Shown here: positions 9,922 through 19,404 of the stretch, piece by piece
Position numbering within the stretch: the stretch's first letter is position 1
Layout: each line of letters starts with the position of its first letter
From: a virus
Lineage: Duplodnaviria; Caudoviricetes
IMG/VR virus record: IMGVR_UViG_3300020120_000082
Span: 1 to 64,000 of that record
Length of the DNA stretch: 64,000 nucleotides
Reading direction: 5' to 3' (one strand)
Translations under genes and position numbers: made by a program
The notes under the pieces: generated by a model
Databases searched by the model: none
The model's input: only the letters and a program-made list of their open reading frames with translations
What the model was told of the DNA's origin: nothing

Positions 9922-9929
9922 GTTATACT
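9902..9929 (+). promoter_or_regulatory. Putative sigma70 promoter overlapping the terminator
   Basis: TTGAAA-16 nt-TATACT with extended -10 TG. Confidence 0.45.
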
Positions 9930-9984
9930 GGAACCAATCCGCGCAACTTTCGACGTCTCTAAAACGAGACAGAAAGAAGATAAG

Positions 9985-10641
9985 ATGTCCCCGATGGTAT
10001 TCAATCAGTATTCCGTTCGCGTTTCACCTGGCCAGGAAATTGAAGACGGCTACGTGCTAATGAAGCACGGTGATGTTTACACCCTGAATCTGCGTAACTT
10101 CCGCGAAGTCAGATGCGCCGCCAACGTGATCATTGATGGCCGAGACGTTGGCACCTGGCTCATCAATGCTTACGGATCGATCACCCTGGAAAGACCGGTC
10201 AACGACGAAGGCCGGTTTACGTTCTATCAATCTGGAACAAATGAGTTTTCCAAGGTTGGCGGAGATGCGGTCAGCGTGAATGACCGCGGCTTGATTCGTG
10301 TCATTTTTACTCCCGAGAAAGTTCAGCCAGTCGCCCAACCAGTAGTCAAATCGTATTATGTTGCTGCTTCTGTTCCGAAAGAAGACAGTGGCAATCCGAA
10401 ATTCTCTTGGGCTAATTCCAACACATTCACAACGAATGTTGACAGCTATTCGGGACAGCGTGGCACGTCTGCTGGCGTAACCGGGTTATCTGGCCATAGT
10501 GACCAGAAGTTTTACACGGTAGATGGTTTTGAGCATGACTACAGTCGACAGATTACGATCAATCTGCGCCTGGTAGCAAAGCGTGATGAGCCCAGGCCGC
10601 TGGTGTCTGTTTCAAACCCGGTCCCACCCCCAGTTCCGTAA
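9985..10641 (+). CDS. Hypothetical protein
   Basis: Stand-alone ORF between a promoter and a terminator; the ATG at 9985 is preferred over 9883, which lies upstream of the terminator. Confidence 0.7.
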   Translation: MSPMVFNQYSVRVSPGQEIEDGYVLMKHGDVYTLNLRNFREVRCAANVIIDGRDVGTWLINAYGSITLERPVNDEGRFTFYQSGTNEFSKVGGDAVSVNDRGLIRVIFTPEKVQPVAQPVVKSYYVAASVPKEDSGNPKFSWANSNTFTTNVDSYSGQRGTSAGVTGLSGHSDQKFYTVDGFEHDYSRQITINLRLVAKRDEPRPLVSVSNPVPPPVP

Positions 10642-10659
10642 AGCATAGGAAACCAGGAC

Positions 10660-10692
10660 AAAAGCGGCCATCTATTGAGATGGCCGCTTTTT
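10660..10692 (+). terminator. Intrinsic terminator
   Basis: AAAAGCGGCCATCT-ATTG-AGATGGCCGCTTTTT. Confidence 0.85.
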
Positions 10693-10708
10693 ATTCCAGA
10701 TCTGGAAT
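10693..10708. repeat. 16-bp perfect palindrome ATTCCAGATCTGGAAT, copy 1
   Basis: Identical copies at 27461, 46905 and 58843. Confidence 0.9.
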
Positions 10709-10771
10709 CTTAGAAATAGTCATAATATCGAAGATTTTAATGTTATTTCGAAGATTATAAAACTTGGGATA

Positions 10772-10800
10772 TTGACATTATGGTAGAAAGAACGTATGAT
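10772..10800 (+). promoter_or_regulatory. Sigma70-type promoter of the structural operon
   Basis: TTGACA-17 nt-TATGAT; AT-rich upstream region with two TCGAAGATT direct repeats. Confidence 0.8.
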
Positions 10801-10844
10801 CTGGCCTAAGCGCAAGACGTAACACAAGGGAAGTACCAGTAATT

Positions 10845-10917
10845 AGGGCGCAGTGCTGATAGCCGCGCTCTCTTTTTTTTAAGAGCCCAGGCGGACTATC
10901 CGCGCTGGGCTCTTTTT
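10845..10917 (+). terminator. Two tandem terminator-like hairpins in the leader (possible attenuator)
   Basis: AGGGCGC..GCGCTCT plus T8; AAGAGCCCAGGCGGA-CTA-TCCGCGCTGGGCTCTTTTT. Confidence 0.7.
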
Positions 10918-10946
10918 GTTTTCCGGCTTTTGGAGAGTACAGCACC

Positions 10947-11549
10947 GTGCCAAACGAGACAACTCCCGAAGAGAATGAGTCTGGCCTGCTAGTTTTCGAG
11001 CAGACCAACAACACCTCGATCGAGATTCTCATCCAGGCCACCGAAGATGGCGACCTGTTTCGTTTCCGCAATGCGATCCTGGCGGTTGCCGAAACGAATA
11101 AAAACCGCGACCACATCTCCAATGACAACATCAAAGAACTGGCTTCCACCCTGGCGGGTAGGGCAGTCGACATCGATCATGACGAGCGAGCCAATGCTGG
11201 GGTAATTACTTCAGCCAGACCGGTCAAGGTGAATGGCAGTTCAGCCGTCGCCATTGACGGTCTGCTCTGGCGCGATCGTTATCCGGAGCAGATCGACGGC
11301 GTGCGTTCTGGAACCCATCACCTGTCTGTAGAAGCCAACGCTGACATGGCTACCTGTTCTGTCTGTAATGGACAGTTCAAGTCGGCAGATCTTTATTGCG
11401 CCCATCTGAAGAAGCGCAACAGCAGCGGTGCTATCCGCGGCTTTATCAACTTGAAAGGCAAGGGGGCTGGCATTACCGAGCACCCTGCTGGGAATGGCAC
11501 TCAATTTGATAAGGAGCAAATCTACGTGTTAGCCCACGTCGAAGTCTAA
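10947..11549 (+). CDS. Prohead/capsid maturation protease-like protein
   Basis: N.N.D.I, VDIDH, LSVE, CSVC..C.H motifs and position before scaffold and capsid genes; GGAG RBS. Confidence 0.7.
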   Translation: MPNETTPEENESGLLVFEQTNNTSIEILIQATEDGDLFRFRNAILAVAETNKNRDHISNDNIKELASTLAGRAVDIDHDERANAGVITSARPVKVNGSSAVAIDGLLWRDRYPEQIDGVRSGTHHLSVEANADMATCSVCNGQFKSADLYCAHLKKRNSSGAIRGFINLKGKGAGITEHPAGNGTQFDKEQIYVLAHVEV

Positions 11550-12329
11550 GCACATTGGTATGACGGAAAACTACCGGAAGGCGAAACGCTGGATGACTTG
11601 CCAGCCAGCGACTTTGCCGATCCCAAGGGCCGCAGGTTTCCTTACAAGATCCATGGCAAGGTTGACGAAGCTGGATGGCGAGCCGCCTGGAGCGCCGCGA
11701 ATGGTGGACATACCGGGCAGAAAGACGAGAGCGCTATTGCGAAACTGAAACGGGATAAGCCAGAGGGCGTAACTATCAACGAGCATATGGAGACTACCAC
11801 AATGGCAGAATACAAGTGCCCACACTGCGGGAACGCAGACGGCGAAGATCACGAGAAATGCCCGAAGTGCGGCAAGAGTATGTCCGCCGCCCTTCTGGCT
11901 GCTGAACTGCGTGATACGCAGGAAAAGCTGAAGACCAAGAAAGAAGAGCTTGAGGCCGCCATGCTGGAGCTTGACGCGATCAAGCCCCAGATCCCGCAGC
12001 TTCAGGCCCAGTATGACGGTCTTCGCTCGCAGATCAGCGAGCGCGATGCCGCTCTCAGAATTGCCAACGACAAGCTGGCTGACATCAAGCGCCAGGACCG
12101 CGAAAACGTGGTTAAGACGCTGCTGTCGGAAGACACGCTGGCTGATCGTCTGCCCGCCTATCTGGCGATGGACGATGCAACATTTACGACCGTGGTCGCG
12201 ACCCTCAAGGACGCGATGAAGAAGCCTGTCCAGGGCATTTCTGGACTTCGCTCCGGAATGCCAGATCCCGTCGCTGGCTCGGGCGCGAGCAAAGACCGGC
12301 CTAAGTCGCAGATCACTCTGCGCCGCTAA
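11550..12329 (+). CDS. Scaffold-like region, in frame with the protease; internal RBS and ATG at 11802 (Zn ribbon plus coiled coil)
   Basis: Same frame as 10947 after a single TAA; CPHC..CPKC; long heptad coiled coil; GGAGA before ATG 11802. Confidence 0.7.
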   Translation, partial: AHWYDGKLPEGETLDDLPASDFADPKGRRFPYKIHGKVDEAGWRAAWSAANGGHTGQKDESAIAKLKRDKPEGVTINEHMETTTMAEYKCPHCGNADGEDHEKCPKCGKSMSAALLAAELRDTQEKLKTKKEELEAAMLELDAIKPQIPQLQAQYDGLRSQISERDAALRIANDKLADIKRQDRENVVKTLLSEDTLADRLPAYLAMDDATFTTVVATLKDAMKKPVQGISGLRSGMPDPVAGSGASKDRPKSQITLRR

Positions 12330-12350
12330 GAGAATCGGGAGAGATAACCC

Positions 12351-12818
12351 ATGGCTACGCGAGTATTCAATCTGATGAACGGGGGTATCCGCTACGGCAA
12401 TACCCTCAAGACCAACGCCAGCGGCACTTTCTATCCCGGCGTTCTCGTCAAGCTGGACACCTCAGGCTCGACTGTGTCGACCTCGGGTTCCACCGGCGCA
12501 ACGAAGCCGTTTGGCTTCCTGTTCGGTGACCGGAATACCATCTACCGCCCGACGACCCGCAACTACAGCAACAACGAAATTGTGACTGTGGTGAACGGCG
12601 TCGGCTACGTGCAGATGTCTTCCGATCTGTTTGACGAAGCGGCTCTGCCGTCAACTATCGGCGCAACGATCTACGCAGCGGCTTCCGGCTTGTGGACGGC
12701 GAACGTGACCACCAACAAGGTCGGAACTTACGTGCAGACCGTGACCCGTGTTGAACCGGTGGGCGGTACGGGCTCTAGCCAGAACCTGGCTGTGGTTCAG
12801 TTCTCGTTCTTGCCGTAA
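12351..12818 (+). CDS. Capsid decoration/cement protein
   Basis: Small beta-rich protein directly before the major capsid gene; strongly biased codon use. Confidence 0.65.
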   Translation: MATRVFNLMNGGIRYGNTLKTNASGTFYPGVLVKLDTSGSTVSTSGSTGATKPFGFLFGDRNTIYRPTTRNYSNNEIVTVVNGVGYVQMSSDLFDEAALPSTIGATIYAAASGLWTANVTTNKVGTYVQTVTRVEPVGGTGSSQNLAVVQFSFLP

Positions 12819-12832
12819 CAGGAGACCCGAAC

Positions 12833-13801
12833 ATGCCCACGCAACTGAAAGAACTGATCAGCTTCGATTTTAGCAAGGGCGAGTGGGCCATTGGCCTGCG
12901 CGACCCCAAGACCAACAAGGTGACCGCCTCGACCACGAATCAGGCCGATGTGGACGCTTTCTTGGCCGACCTGGTGACCAACGGCTCTGTCGAAGATCAC
13001 CAGCTTCTGGCGGCTCAGTTGGTTGAGCCTATCGAGCAGGTTGTTCCTTACCAGGAGATCTACTCGATTTTCTATCAGGACTGGCAACTGGATGACCTGG
13101 AAGACAACTCGATCCCGGTCGAGGACACGGTGGCCGTGGCTTACCAGAGCCACCAGGACGGCGAGATCATGTACGCTCGCTCCGGGTTCAGCTTTACCCG
13201 GCCCGATTTCCAGACGTTCCAGACCGGCATCGAAGTGCAGTGGAAGTCGCTGAAGCGTGCCGGGTGGAACTACCTGGCTCGCCAGATGCGCCGCGCTTCG
13301 GAAGCCATGCAGCGCAAGCACGACGAACTGGCCCGCGGACCCCTGATCGCGGCTCTGCCAGCTTCGCACGAGTATAACGTGACCGGTGGCCACATGACCA
13401 AGGCCGCGGTGGATCAGATCCTGCGCGACCAGGCCAGCATCGGCTTCCCGGTCCAGCAAGTCATGATCAACCCGTCAACCCTGATGGACATGGGCAACTT
13501 CACCTGGGGCAACACCGGCTTCTTCATCGCGCCGGAAGATGCCCGCCAGTTGCTGCGCACGCTGCACATTATGGACTATGGCGGCGCTGCCTGGTATGCC
13601 AACCCGTTCTTCCCCACCACCGAAGTTCTCTTCGGCGGCGTGGCGTCCCAGATCGGCTGGCACCAGATCCGCGGCCAAGTCAACGTCACCAGTGATGTCA
13701 ACATCACCAAGGGCGTGGACCTGCATGCGATCCGCGATGCCGAGCATGCCTACTATGTGGGCAATGCTTACACCCTGGCTCGCCTGCGCATCGGCGCTTA
13801 G
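12833..13801 (+). CDS. Major capsid protein
   Basis: 322 aa, position, strong codon bias, AGGAG RBS, HK97-like pattern. Confidence 0.75.
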   Translation: MPTQLKELISFDFSKGEWAIGLRDPKTNKVTASTTNQADVDAFLADLVTNGSVEDHQLLAAQLVEPIEQVVPYQEIYSIFYQDWQLDDLEDNSIPVEDTVAVAYQSHQDGEIMYARSGFSFTRPDFQTFQTGIEVQWKSLKRAGWNYLARQMRRASEAMQRKHDELARGPLIAALPASHEYNVTGGHMTKAAVDQILRDQASIGFPVQQVMINPSTLMDMGNFTWGNTGFFIAPEDARQLLRTLHIMDYGGAAWYANPFFPTTEVLFGGVASQIGWHQIRGQVNVTSDVNITKGVDLHAIRDAEHAYYVGNAYTLARLRIGA

Positions 13802-13833
13802 TTGTAACCGGAAATAACCAAGGAGAATAGGCA

Positions 13834-14412
13834 ATGACAGTCGCTGAGAGAAAATCAAGAAGTCGGGTCGATCAGCCTTTGATCGAAGAGCAAGACGAGA
13901 TGCTGGAATTCGCACGCTTCCCTGGTCCGGGGACTCAGATTTATCCGAGTCCCCGGCCAGAAGTGCGCGATCTGGTGATGCCTCCGATGGTCTGGGTACA
14001 GGTTGATCCTGTTTTCAGAAACTCGGGGACATTCGTGCGCGATCGCAAGGCGCAAGTGTTTGAGCACATCAAGGCGGATGCCGCACCAGTCAACATCGAC
14101 TTGGTGATCAGTCCGGACCTGGATCAGGTCCTGGACCCGGCCCAGAAAGAACTGGCCAGGGTGATCGTGCTGGCTCCGGGCGAGACGCTCAAGCAGGAAT
14201 ACGTTGATGCGATCAGCATCGCCACCCACATCGACAATTCAACCGGCTTTCCCCGCAAGGACTCCCTGGTTACCCAGGCTTACCTGCGCGAGAATCATCG
14301 TCCGTTTCTGATGGCGATCCAACAGCTTGAGGGTCGGTATCGCAGGCGCAAGGCTGTCCTGGATCTGCTCCAGGAACAGCTTGGGCGGATCGCAGTGTTG
14401 CCAGGCAAGTGA
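13834..14412 (+). CDS. Hypothetical protein (post-capsid)
   Basis: AAGGAG RBS; C-terminal E..R.R..VL..L helix common in post-capsid genes. Confidence 0.7.
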   Translation: MTVAERKSRSRVDQPLIEEQDEMLEFARFPGPGTQIYPSPRPEVRDLVMPPMVWVQVDPVFRNSGTFVRDRKAQVFEHIKADAAPVNIDLVISPDLDQVLDPAQKELARVIVLAPGETLKQEYVDAISIATHIDNSTGFPRKDSLVTQAYLRENHRPFLMAIQQLEGRYRRRKAVLDLLQEQLGRIAVLPGK

Positions 14413-14413
14413 T

Positions 14414-15241
14414 GTGGCATACGATCTTCTCGTGCGTGGGTTTCAGGATTTTGTTCGCCTAGAGAGCGTCCTAGAGCAGCAGTCGATCTCACGCGATCCG
14501 CTTTCAGGCATCCTGGACGGCATCAACACCATCTTTCATACCACCTACTCCCCGATCCTGACATCGGGGAGTCTAGGTGTTTATCTGGGGAATACGCTAG
14601 TACCCGGCACGGCGGACTACAACACCGGAGAGATTACCCTATCTACTCCGCCCACCGTTCAGCCCCAGGCCAACTACATCTTCACGCCTTACACTTCCAC
14701 CCAGATCTCCAAGTTCACCATCCAGGGCTTTCTGGAAATGGAAAGCCAATGGACTCGTGGCTGGCAGTTGCTGGATGGCAGCGGTGCTTGGGCTGATGAG
14801 AACTCGACCAATGCGTATGTGGTCGACGGCAATGGCAATGATCCCACTTGCGGGAACACGTTCTTTTCCAACTCGCGCATTCAGATCGCTTTTTTCCTGA
14901 TGTGCTGCGAGTATCGATTCATGAAAACGCAGTTCCGGACGGCAGCGGGCACAGACTATATGTGGCGCGAGTCGGTCCGCGGTATGACGGTTGATAAGAG
15001 TAAGCGTCCATCCAATATAAAGCTGGTGGTTGATAGTTTGCGTGAAGAGATGATGGACGCGCTCAAGCAGGCTCAGATCCAGTTCTATCCAGGCGGCGAT
15101 CAGTTCGGCGGGGCCATTCTTAATCCGGTCACGCTGGACTATGCAGCCAACTATGAGTGGCAGACAGGCGCTAAACAGAACGACAACTGGTCCATTGAAG
15201 GTTTCAACTTTTCATATCGGCCACTAACTTACTTCCCGTAA
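14414..15241 (+). CDS. Head-tail connector-like virion protein
   Basis: Position; DG.N..F and DYNTGEITL..PP motifs; GTG just after the upstream stop. Confidence 0.55.
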   Translation: MAYDLLVRGFQDFVRLESVLEQQSISRDPLSGILDGINTIFHTTYSPILTSGSLGVYLGNTLVPGTADYNTGEITLSTPPTVQPQANYIFTPYTSTQISKFTIQGFLEMESQWTRGWQLLDGSGAWADENSTNAYVVDGNGNDPTCGNTFFSNSRIQIAFFLMCCEYRFMKTQFRTAAGTDYMWRESVRGMTVDKSKRPSNIKLVVDSLREEMMDALKQAQIQFYPGGDQFGGAILNPVTLDYAANYEWQTGAKQNDNWSIEGFNFSYRPLTYFP

Positions 15242-15272
15242 GTTCGGGCTCGATCCAATCAGGAGACGGAAC

Positions 15273-15827
15273 ATGCTTCCAAACAATCGTGGAGAAGAAA
15301 TGCGGGTTGGGTCCGGCCTGAACGCGGCGGGACAAGCTGCCATGGGTATGCACCGCAGCAGCCATTACGCCATGGAGTGTTACGGTCCGGATGGCTTGCT
15401 GCGCTGGCGGGACGAGTTCGACAACCTGGTGACGACAGCCGGGTTGAACGACTCGCTGCAACAGCACTTCAAGGGCGTGGCTTACACCGCTCTGTGGTAT
15501 GTCGGTCTGACGGCTGGTTCCACATTTGCCGCCGCCGACACCATGGCCTCGCATGGTGGCTGGTCGGAGAGCACCATCTACTCCAATAGCTCTCGCCCTG
15601 TTCTGACGCTGGGCACCGTTGCAGCCGGTTCGGTGGACAACTCTGCCTCAAAGGCCGTTTTCAATATCAACGGCTCTGGAAACGTCTTCGGCGCTTTCGT
15701 GACAACTGGTTCAGCTACGTCTGGTTCGGTTGGAACTCTGTACGGCGAAGGCTTGCTGGCGGCTGGTTATCGCGCTGTTCAGTCTGGCGACACCCTGTCG
15801 GTGACCATTACCCTGACCGCGTCCTAA
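15273..15827 (+). CDS. Virion structural protein (neck/collar fibre-type)
   Basis: NLVTTAGL, WYVGL, SGDTL.VT motifs typical of phage structural proteins. Confidence 0.6.
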   Translation: MLPNNRGEEMRVGSGLNAAGQAAMGMHRSSHYAMECYGPDGLLRWRDEFDNLVTTAGLNDSLQQHFKGVAYTALWYVGLTAGSTFAAADTMASHGGWSESTIYSNSSRPVLTLGTVAAGSVDNSASKAVFNINGSGNVFGAFVTTGSATSGSVGTLYGEGLLAAGYRAVQSGDTLSVTITLTAS

Positions 15828-15884
15828 TACAACGCAACTCCATTCTTTCGGCTGGTGGGGTGGCGTTTAGATCGGGAAAAAACC

Positions 15885-17357
15885 TTGAAGAAGAATCGCT
15901 CTATTATTGTCATGATACTCGGCACTATATTCCTGTTGGGTATGGTGCCGAGTATGGTTGTCACTGTTCCATTGAATCCGGGCGATAGCGCCCTGGTGAA
16001 CTGTTCCAACCAGGTTCAGGTGACGAAACTTGCCAATCAGGTTAACGTTATCTGCCCCACGAATACTGCCACGCGGACAGCCACACCGATCAAAACGTCT
16101 ACGGTTACCAAGACGTCGACAAGCACGGTCGTACCGAGCAAGACGCCCACTGCGACTAACACGCAAACTGCGACTGGCACTTCAACTGTGACCAGCACTC
16201 CAACGGTTATTGTTTCGACAAACACTGCTGCTCCAACCGGCACCAGTTTGACTTATATGCCTTTCCTGGAAACTTTCGATGGCGCTCCGGCTATGCCACT
16301 GGCCTGGCGTCCGGCGAATTGGGATGTGACGGTCCATTCGCGCAATCTTGCAGATCAGGACACACTCCCGGCCGTGAATGCCGATCACGGTCCGCTATGC
16401 GAGGCTCCCCCAGCCATCCATCCGGTCAGCACTTATCAGGATGCCGTTTTCCTGTGCAATAACCATCTGATGACGGCTATCAATGGCACGGACTATGGGT
16501 TGGTCTATCTGACACCCAATCAGCAGGTGGATTTCTCGAACGGCACGGCAGTCATCAAGTTCGACGTTTCTACCTTGCGCCGATCCAAGCGCGACTGGCT
16601 GGATATGTGGATCACGCCCTTCGACCAGAACCTGCAATTGCCGCTGGACAACTGGTTGCCCGATCTAAATGGCGAGCCCCAGAATTCTATCCATGTTCGT
16701 ATGGACACCTTCAATGGCGACCAGAGTTTCTTCCGAGTAGAGGATATCCAGAACTTCGCTGTGACCAGACTGGACGGGAATTGGTGGACTGGCTACGAGC
16801 AGTTCTTGACGCCCAGCGCCAGCATACGCACCACGTTCGAGGTAGACATTTCACAGACCCATATCCGGGTGGGCATGCCAGCTTACAACTTCTGGTGGGT
16901 AGATTCTGACATTCCGGCGCTGGGATTCACGCAAGGCGTGGTTCAGTTCGGTCATCACTCCTATAACCCGAGCAAGGACTGTAATTTTGACGGCACCTGT
17001 GGGCCGAATACATGGCACTGGGACAATGCTTCCATTTCTCCATCCATCCCATTCACGATTGACCGCGGCTCACCGATATATGCCAATGATGCCAATCCGG
17101 TAATCAATTTGTCAGCGCCGTCCCCATCCAACGGGTTTCTGCGCTTTGCTGGCATTGGCTCGGCGTTGTCTGTTAGTTACGATGGCGGGGTGACCTGGAC
17201 CCCGGCTGTACAGCAGACGGTGTCCGAAAGCATTGAGGAACACTTCAAGTCGTATTGGATGCCTATTCCAGCCGGGACAACTCAGATCAAATTTAGCGGT
17301 CAAGCGTTTTGGGGCGGCGATTGGATTGTTCGCGATGTTTCGGTCTGGGCCAAGTAA
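15885..17357 (+). CDS. Secreted protein with Thr/Pro-rich linker and beta-sandwich domain
   Basis: Signal peptide KKNRSIIVMILG..., long TPT linker, Trp/His-rich globular domain. Confidence 0.75.
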   Translation: MKKNRSIIVMILGTIFLLGMVPSMVVTVPLNPGDSALVNCSNQVQVTKLANQVNVICPTNTATRTATPIKTSTVTKTSTSTVVPSKTPTATNTQTATGTSTVTSTPTVIVSTNTAAPTGTSLTYMPFLETFDGAPAMPLAWRPANWDVTVHSRNLADQDTLPAVNADHGPLCEAPPAIHPVSTYQDAVFLCNNHLMTAINGTDYGLVYLTPNQQVDFSNGTAVIKFDVSTLRRSKRDWLDMWITPFDQNLQLPLDNWLPDLNGEPQNSIHVRMDTFNGDQSFFRVEDIQNFAVTRLDGNWWTGYEQFLTPSASIRTTFEVDISQTHIRVGMPAYNFWWVDSDIPALGFTQGVVQFGHHSYNPSKDCNFDGTCGPNTWHWDNASISPSIPFTIDRGSPIYANDANPVINLSAPSPSNGFLRFAGIGSALSVSYDGGVTWTPAVQQTVSESIEEHFKSYWMPIPAGTTQIKFSGQAFWGGDWIVRDVSVWAK

Positions 17358-17374
17358 GAAGTTCGACTTAATCC

Positions 17375-18082
17375 ATGGCCATCGCGTTTGTTCAGGGTAT
17401 CGGAAGCGATTTTCAGTTTGGTAGTACGACTCAACAGATTGTATTTAACTCTATCCCGACCGATAACGACATCATCGTCTTGTGCTACGAGAACACTGTT
17501 GTACCGGGGGCGAGCATAACGTGGCCGACCGGATTCACACAACTGTTCAATGGCTCTGGTGGGTCATCAGCCGTAGATGTAAAGGTAGCCTGGAAGCGGG
17601 CCAACGGCGAGTCCAGCGCCACCTATACGGTAACACTGGGTGCAAGTACTGATAACAACCAACTGATGATTGGAATGACGTTCTCTGGAGTAAACACATC
17701 TAGCGCAATCGATGTGTCGTCTTCCACAATCACAGATGGTGCCTTTAGCAGTCCTATTGCCATTCCAGGTATCACGACCGTCACTGCTAATGCGATGCAC
17801 ATTATTGTCCCTGCTAACAGCGACACGGTCAACTATACGACGCCCAGTAATTACTCACGCGGACCGACAGCACAGGCAGGCGGAAGTACACGTTTGACGG
17901 CGTTCTACAGGCTAATCGCATCGCCGGGCAGTACCGGCACCGTAAACATTGTCTACGATGCCAATACGACAGTAGCTGGAGAGTTTGCCCTAACTCCAGC
18001 GCCATTAGGGACGCCCATTGCGGCGCAGGATTTTCTGGTTTTTCCCAAGACGAGAATGCGTGCTGGAGCGCGTGGCATATGA
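17375..18082 (+). CDS. Virion-associated beta-rich protein
   Basis: MAIAFVQ start, PTGFT, WKRA, FSGV motifs. Confidence 0.55.
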   Translation: MAIAFVQGIGSDFQFGSTTQQIVFNSIPTDNDIIVLCYENTVVPGASITWPTGFTQLFNGSGGSSAVDVKVAWKRANGESSATYTVTLGASTDNNQLMIGMTFSGVNTSSAIDVSSSTITDGAFSSPIAIPGITTVTANAMHIIVPANSDTVNYTTPSNYSRGPTAQAGGSTRLTAFYRLIASPGSTGTVNIVYDANTTVAGEFALTPAPLGTPIAAQDFLVFPKTRMRAGARGI

Positions 18083-19401
18083 TTCTTCTTACAACTATCA
18101 ATGACACCATGGAGATGGTGACGTCTGGATCGGCGTCGGCTGACGTTCACGTTTCCTATATGGACCTGTTTGGAACGACGGTTACGCCTGGAAAGCTAAA
18201 CACCAATATAACCATTCCCGTCACGACTACTATTTGTCCGGCTCCAGCGTCAGGGCATCAGGTTAACGTCAAGACAGTCAACGTTCGTAATAAACACGCG
18301 ACGGTTGCTACAGACGTTACGATCCAGCTTAACACCAGCGGCAGCACCTTCGAGTTGCACAAGGTCACGCTGTTGTCTGGCCAGGCGCTTGAATATATCG
18401 AAGGCATTGGGTTTTTCCAGCTTGCCGCTTCAGTTTCTCAGGTTGATGTTCAAACGTTTGCGGTTAACGGAACCTGGACTAAGCCGACGACATTCACACC
18501 TAAGATCGTTACGGTCAAGATGTGGGGAGCCGGTGGTGGTGGCGGCGCTGGAGCAAGCCTGGCAACAGCCGTTGCTGCGCCAGGCGGGGCGGGTGGTGGT
18601 GGTGGTGCTTGTGCCATTACTCAATATCTCGCATCGGATCTGCCAGCGACCGTTACCGTAACTGTCGGAGTGGGCGGAACGGCAGGTGTGCCGGGTGCCG
18701 CAGGGGCTCTGGGCGGTGACGGTGGTGCGGGTGGAGACTCGTACTTCAACGGAACTTCAAACGTCCACGCCTCTGGTGGTGGCGGCGGTCGTGGTGGGGC
18801 TATTTCGGGTGTGGCTGGCGGTGGCGGTGGCGGTGGCGGAACCGGAAGCTCAGGTGGAACTGGAACTACGGCTGTTGGAACTGGCGGCAATCCGCTTGGG
18901 CAGGTTAACACTACCGTTACTGGAGTTAACGGTGGACAGGGATCGGCTGGGACTGTTACGGTCATCACCACACACTCTGCTGAATGGGGTGGTGGTGGAG
19001 GCGGTGGCCATACCAGCACACCTGCTAACTCGGTTGGCGGATCCTCGATTTGGGGTGGCGGTGGTGGTGGATGCGGCGCTGGACACAACGCTACGCCAGC
19101 AGTAGTGGCCGGTGCTGCCGGGGGCCTGAGTGGAACATATGTCGGAGGTGGTGGTGCCGCGGCTGGTGGTAACTCGCCAGCGACGAACGGAATAAACGGA
19201 GCCGATGGCGATTCAACCAAGGGCGGCGGTGGTGGTGGCGGTGGCGGCTCGACTGTCACGGCTTCTGCCAATGGTGCTGCTGGCGGCAACGGTGGTAAGG
19301 CGGGTGGTGGTGGTGGTGGTGGTGGGACTGGCATGAACCCCGGCTTAGGTGGCGCAGGCGGATCTGGCGGTTCTGGATATGTAGTGGTTATTTCAATGTA
19401 A
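18079..19401 (+). CDS. Glycine-rich fibre protein
   Basis: GTWTKP..V..WGAGGGGG; poly-Gly runs; GGSGYVVVI terminus. Confidence 0.8.
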   Translation: MILLTTINDTMEMVTSGSASADVHVSYMDLFGTTVTPGKLNTNITIPVTTTICPAPASGHQVNVKTVNVRNKHATVATDVTIQLNTSGSTFELHKVTLLSGQALEYIEGIGFFQLAASVSQVDVQTFAVNGTWTKPTTFTPKIVTVKMWGAGGGGGAGASLATAVAAPGGAGGGGGACAITQYLASDLPATVTVTVGVGGTAGVPGAAGALGGDGGAGGDSYFNGTSNVHASGGGGGRGGAISGVAGGGGGGGGTGSSGGTGTTAVGTGGNPLGQVNTTVTGVNGGQGSAGTVTVITTHSAEWGGGGGGGHTSTPANSVGGSSIWGGGGGGCGAGHNATPAVVAGAAGGLSGTYVGGGGAAAGGNSPATNGINGADGDSTKGGGGGGGGGSTVTASANGAAGGNGGKAGGGGGGGGTGMNPGLGGAGGSGGSGYVVVISM

Positions 19402-19404
19402 TTT

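Noticed and set aside
11547-11549. Genome-wide TAA recoding
   Set aside because: Many genes end cleanly at TAA with the next gene starting right after; only one internal stop was seen
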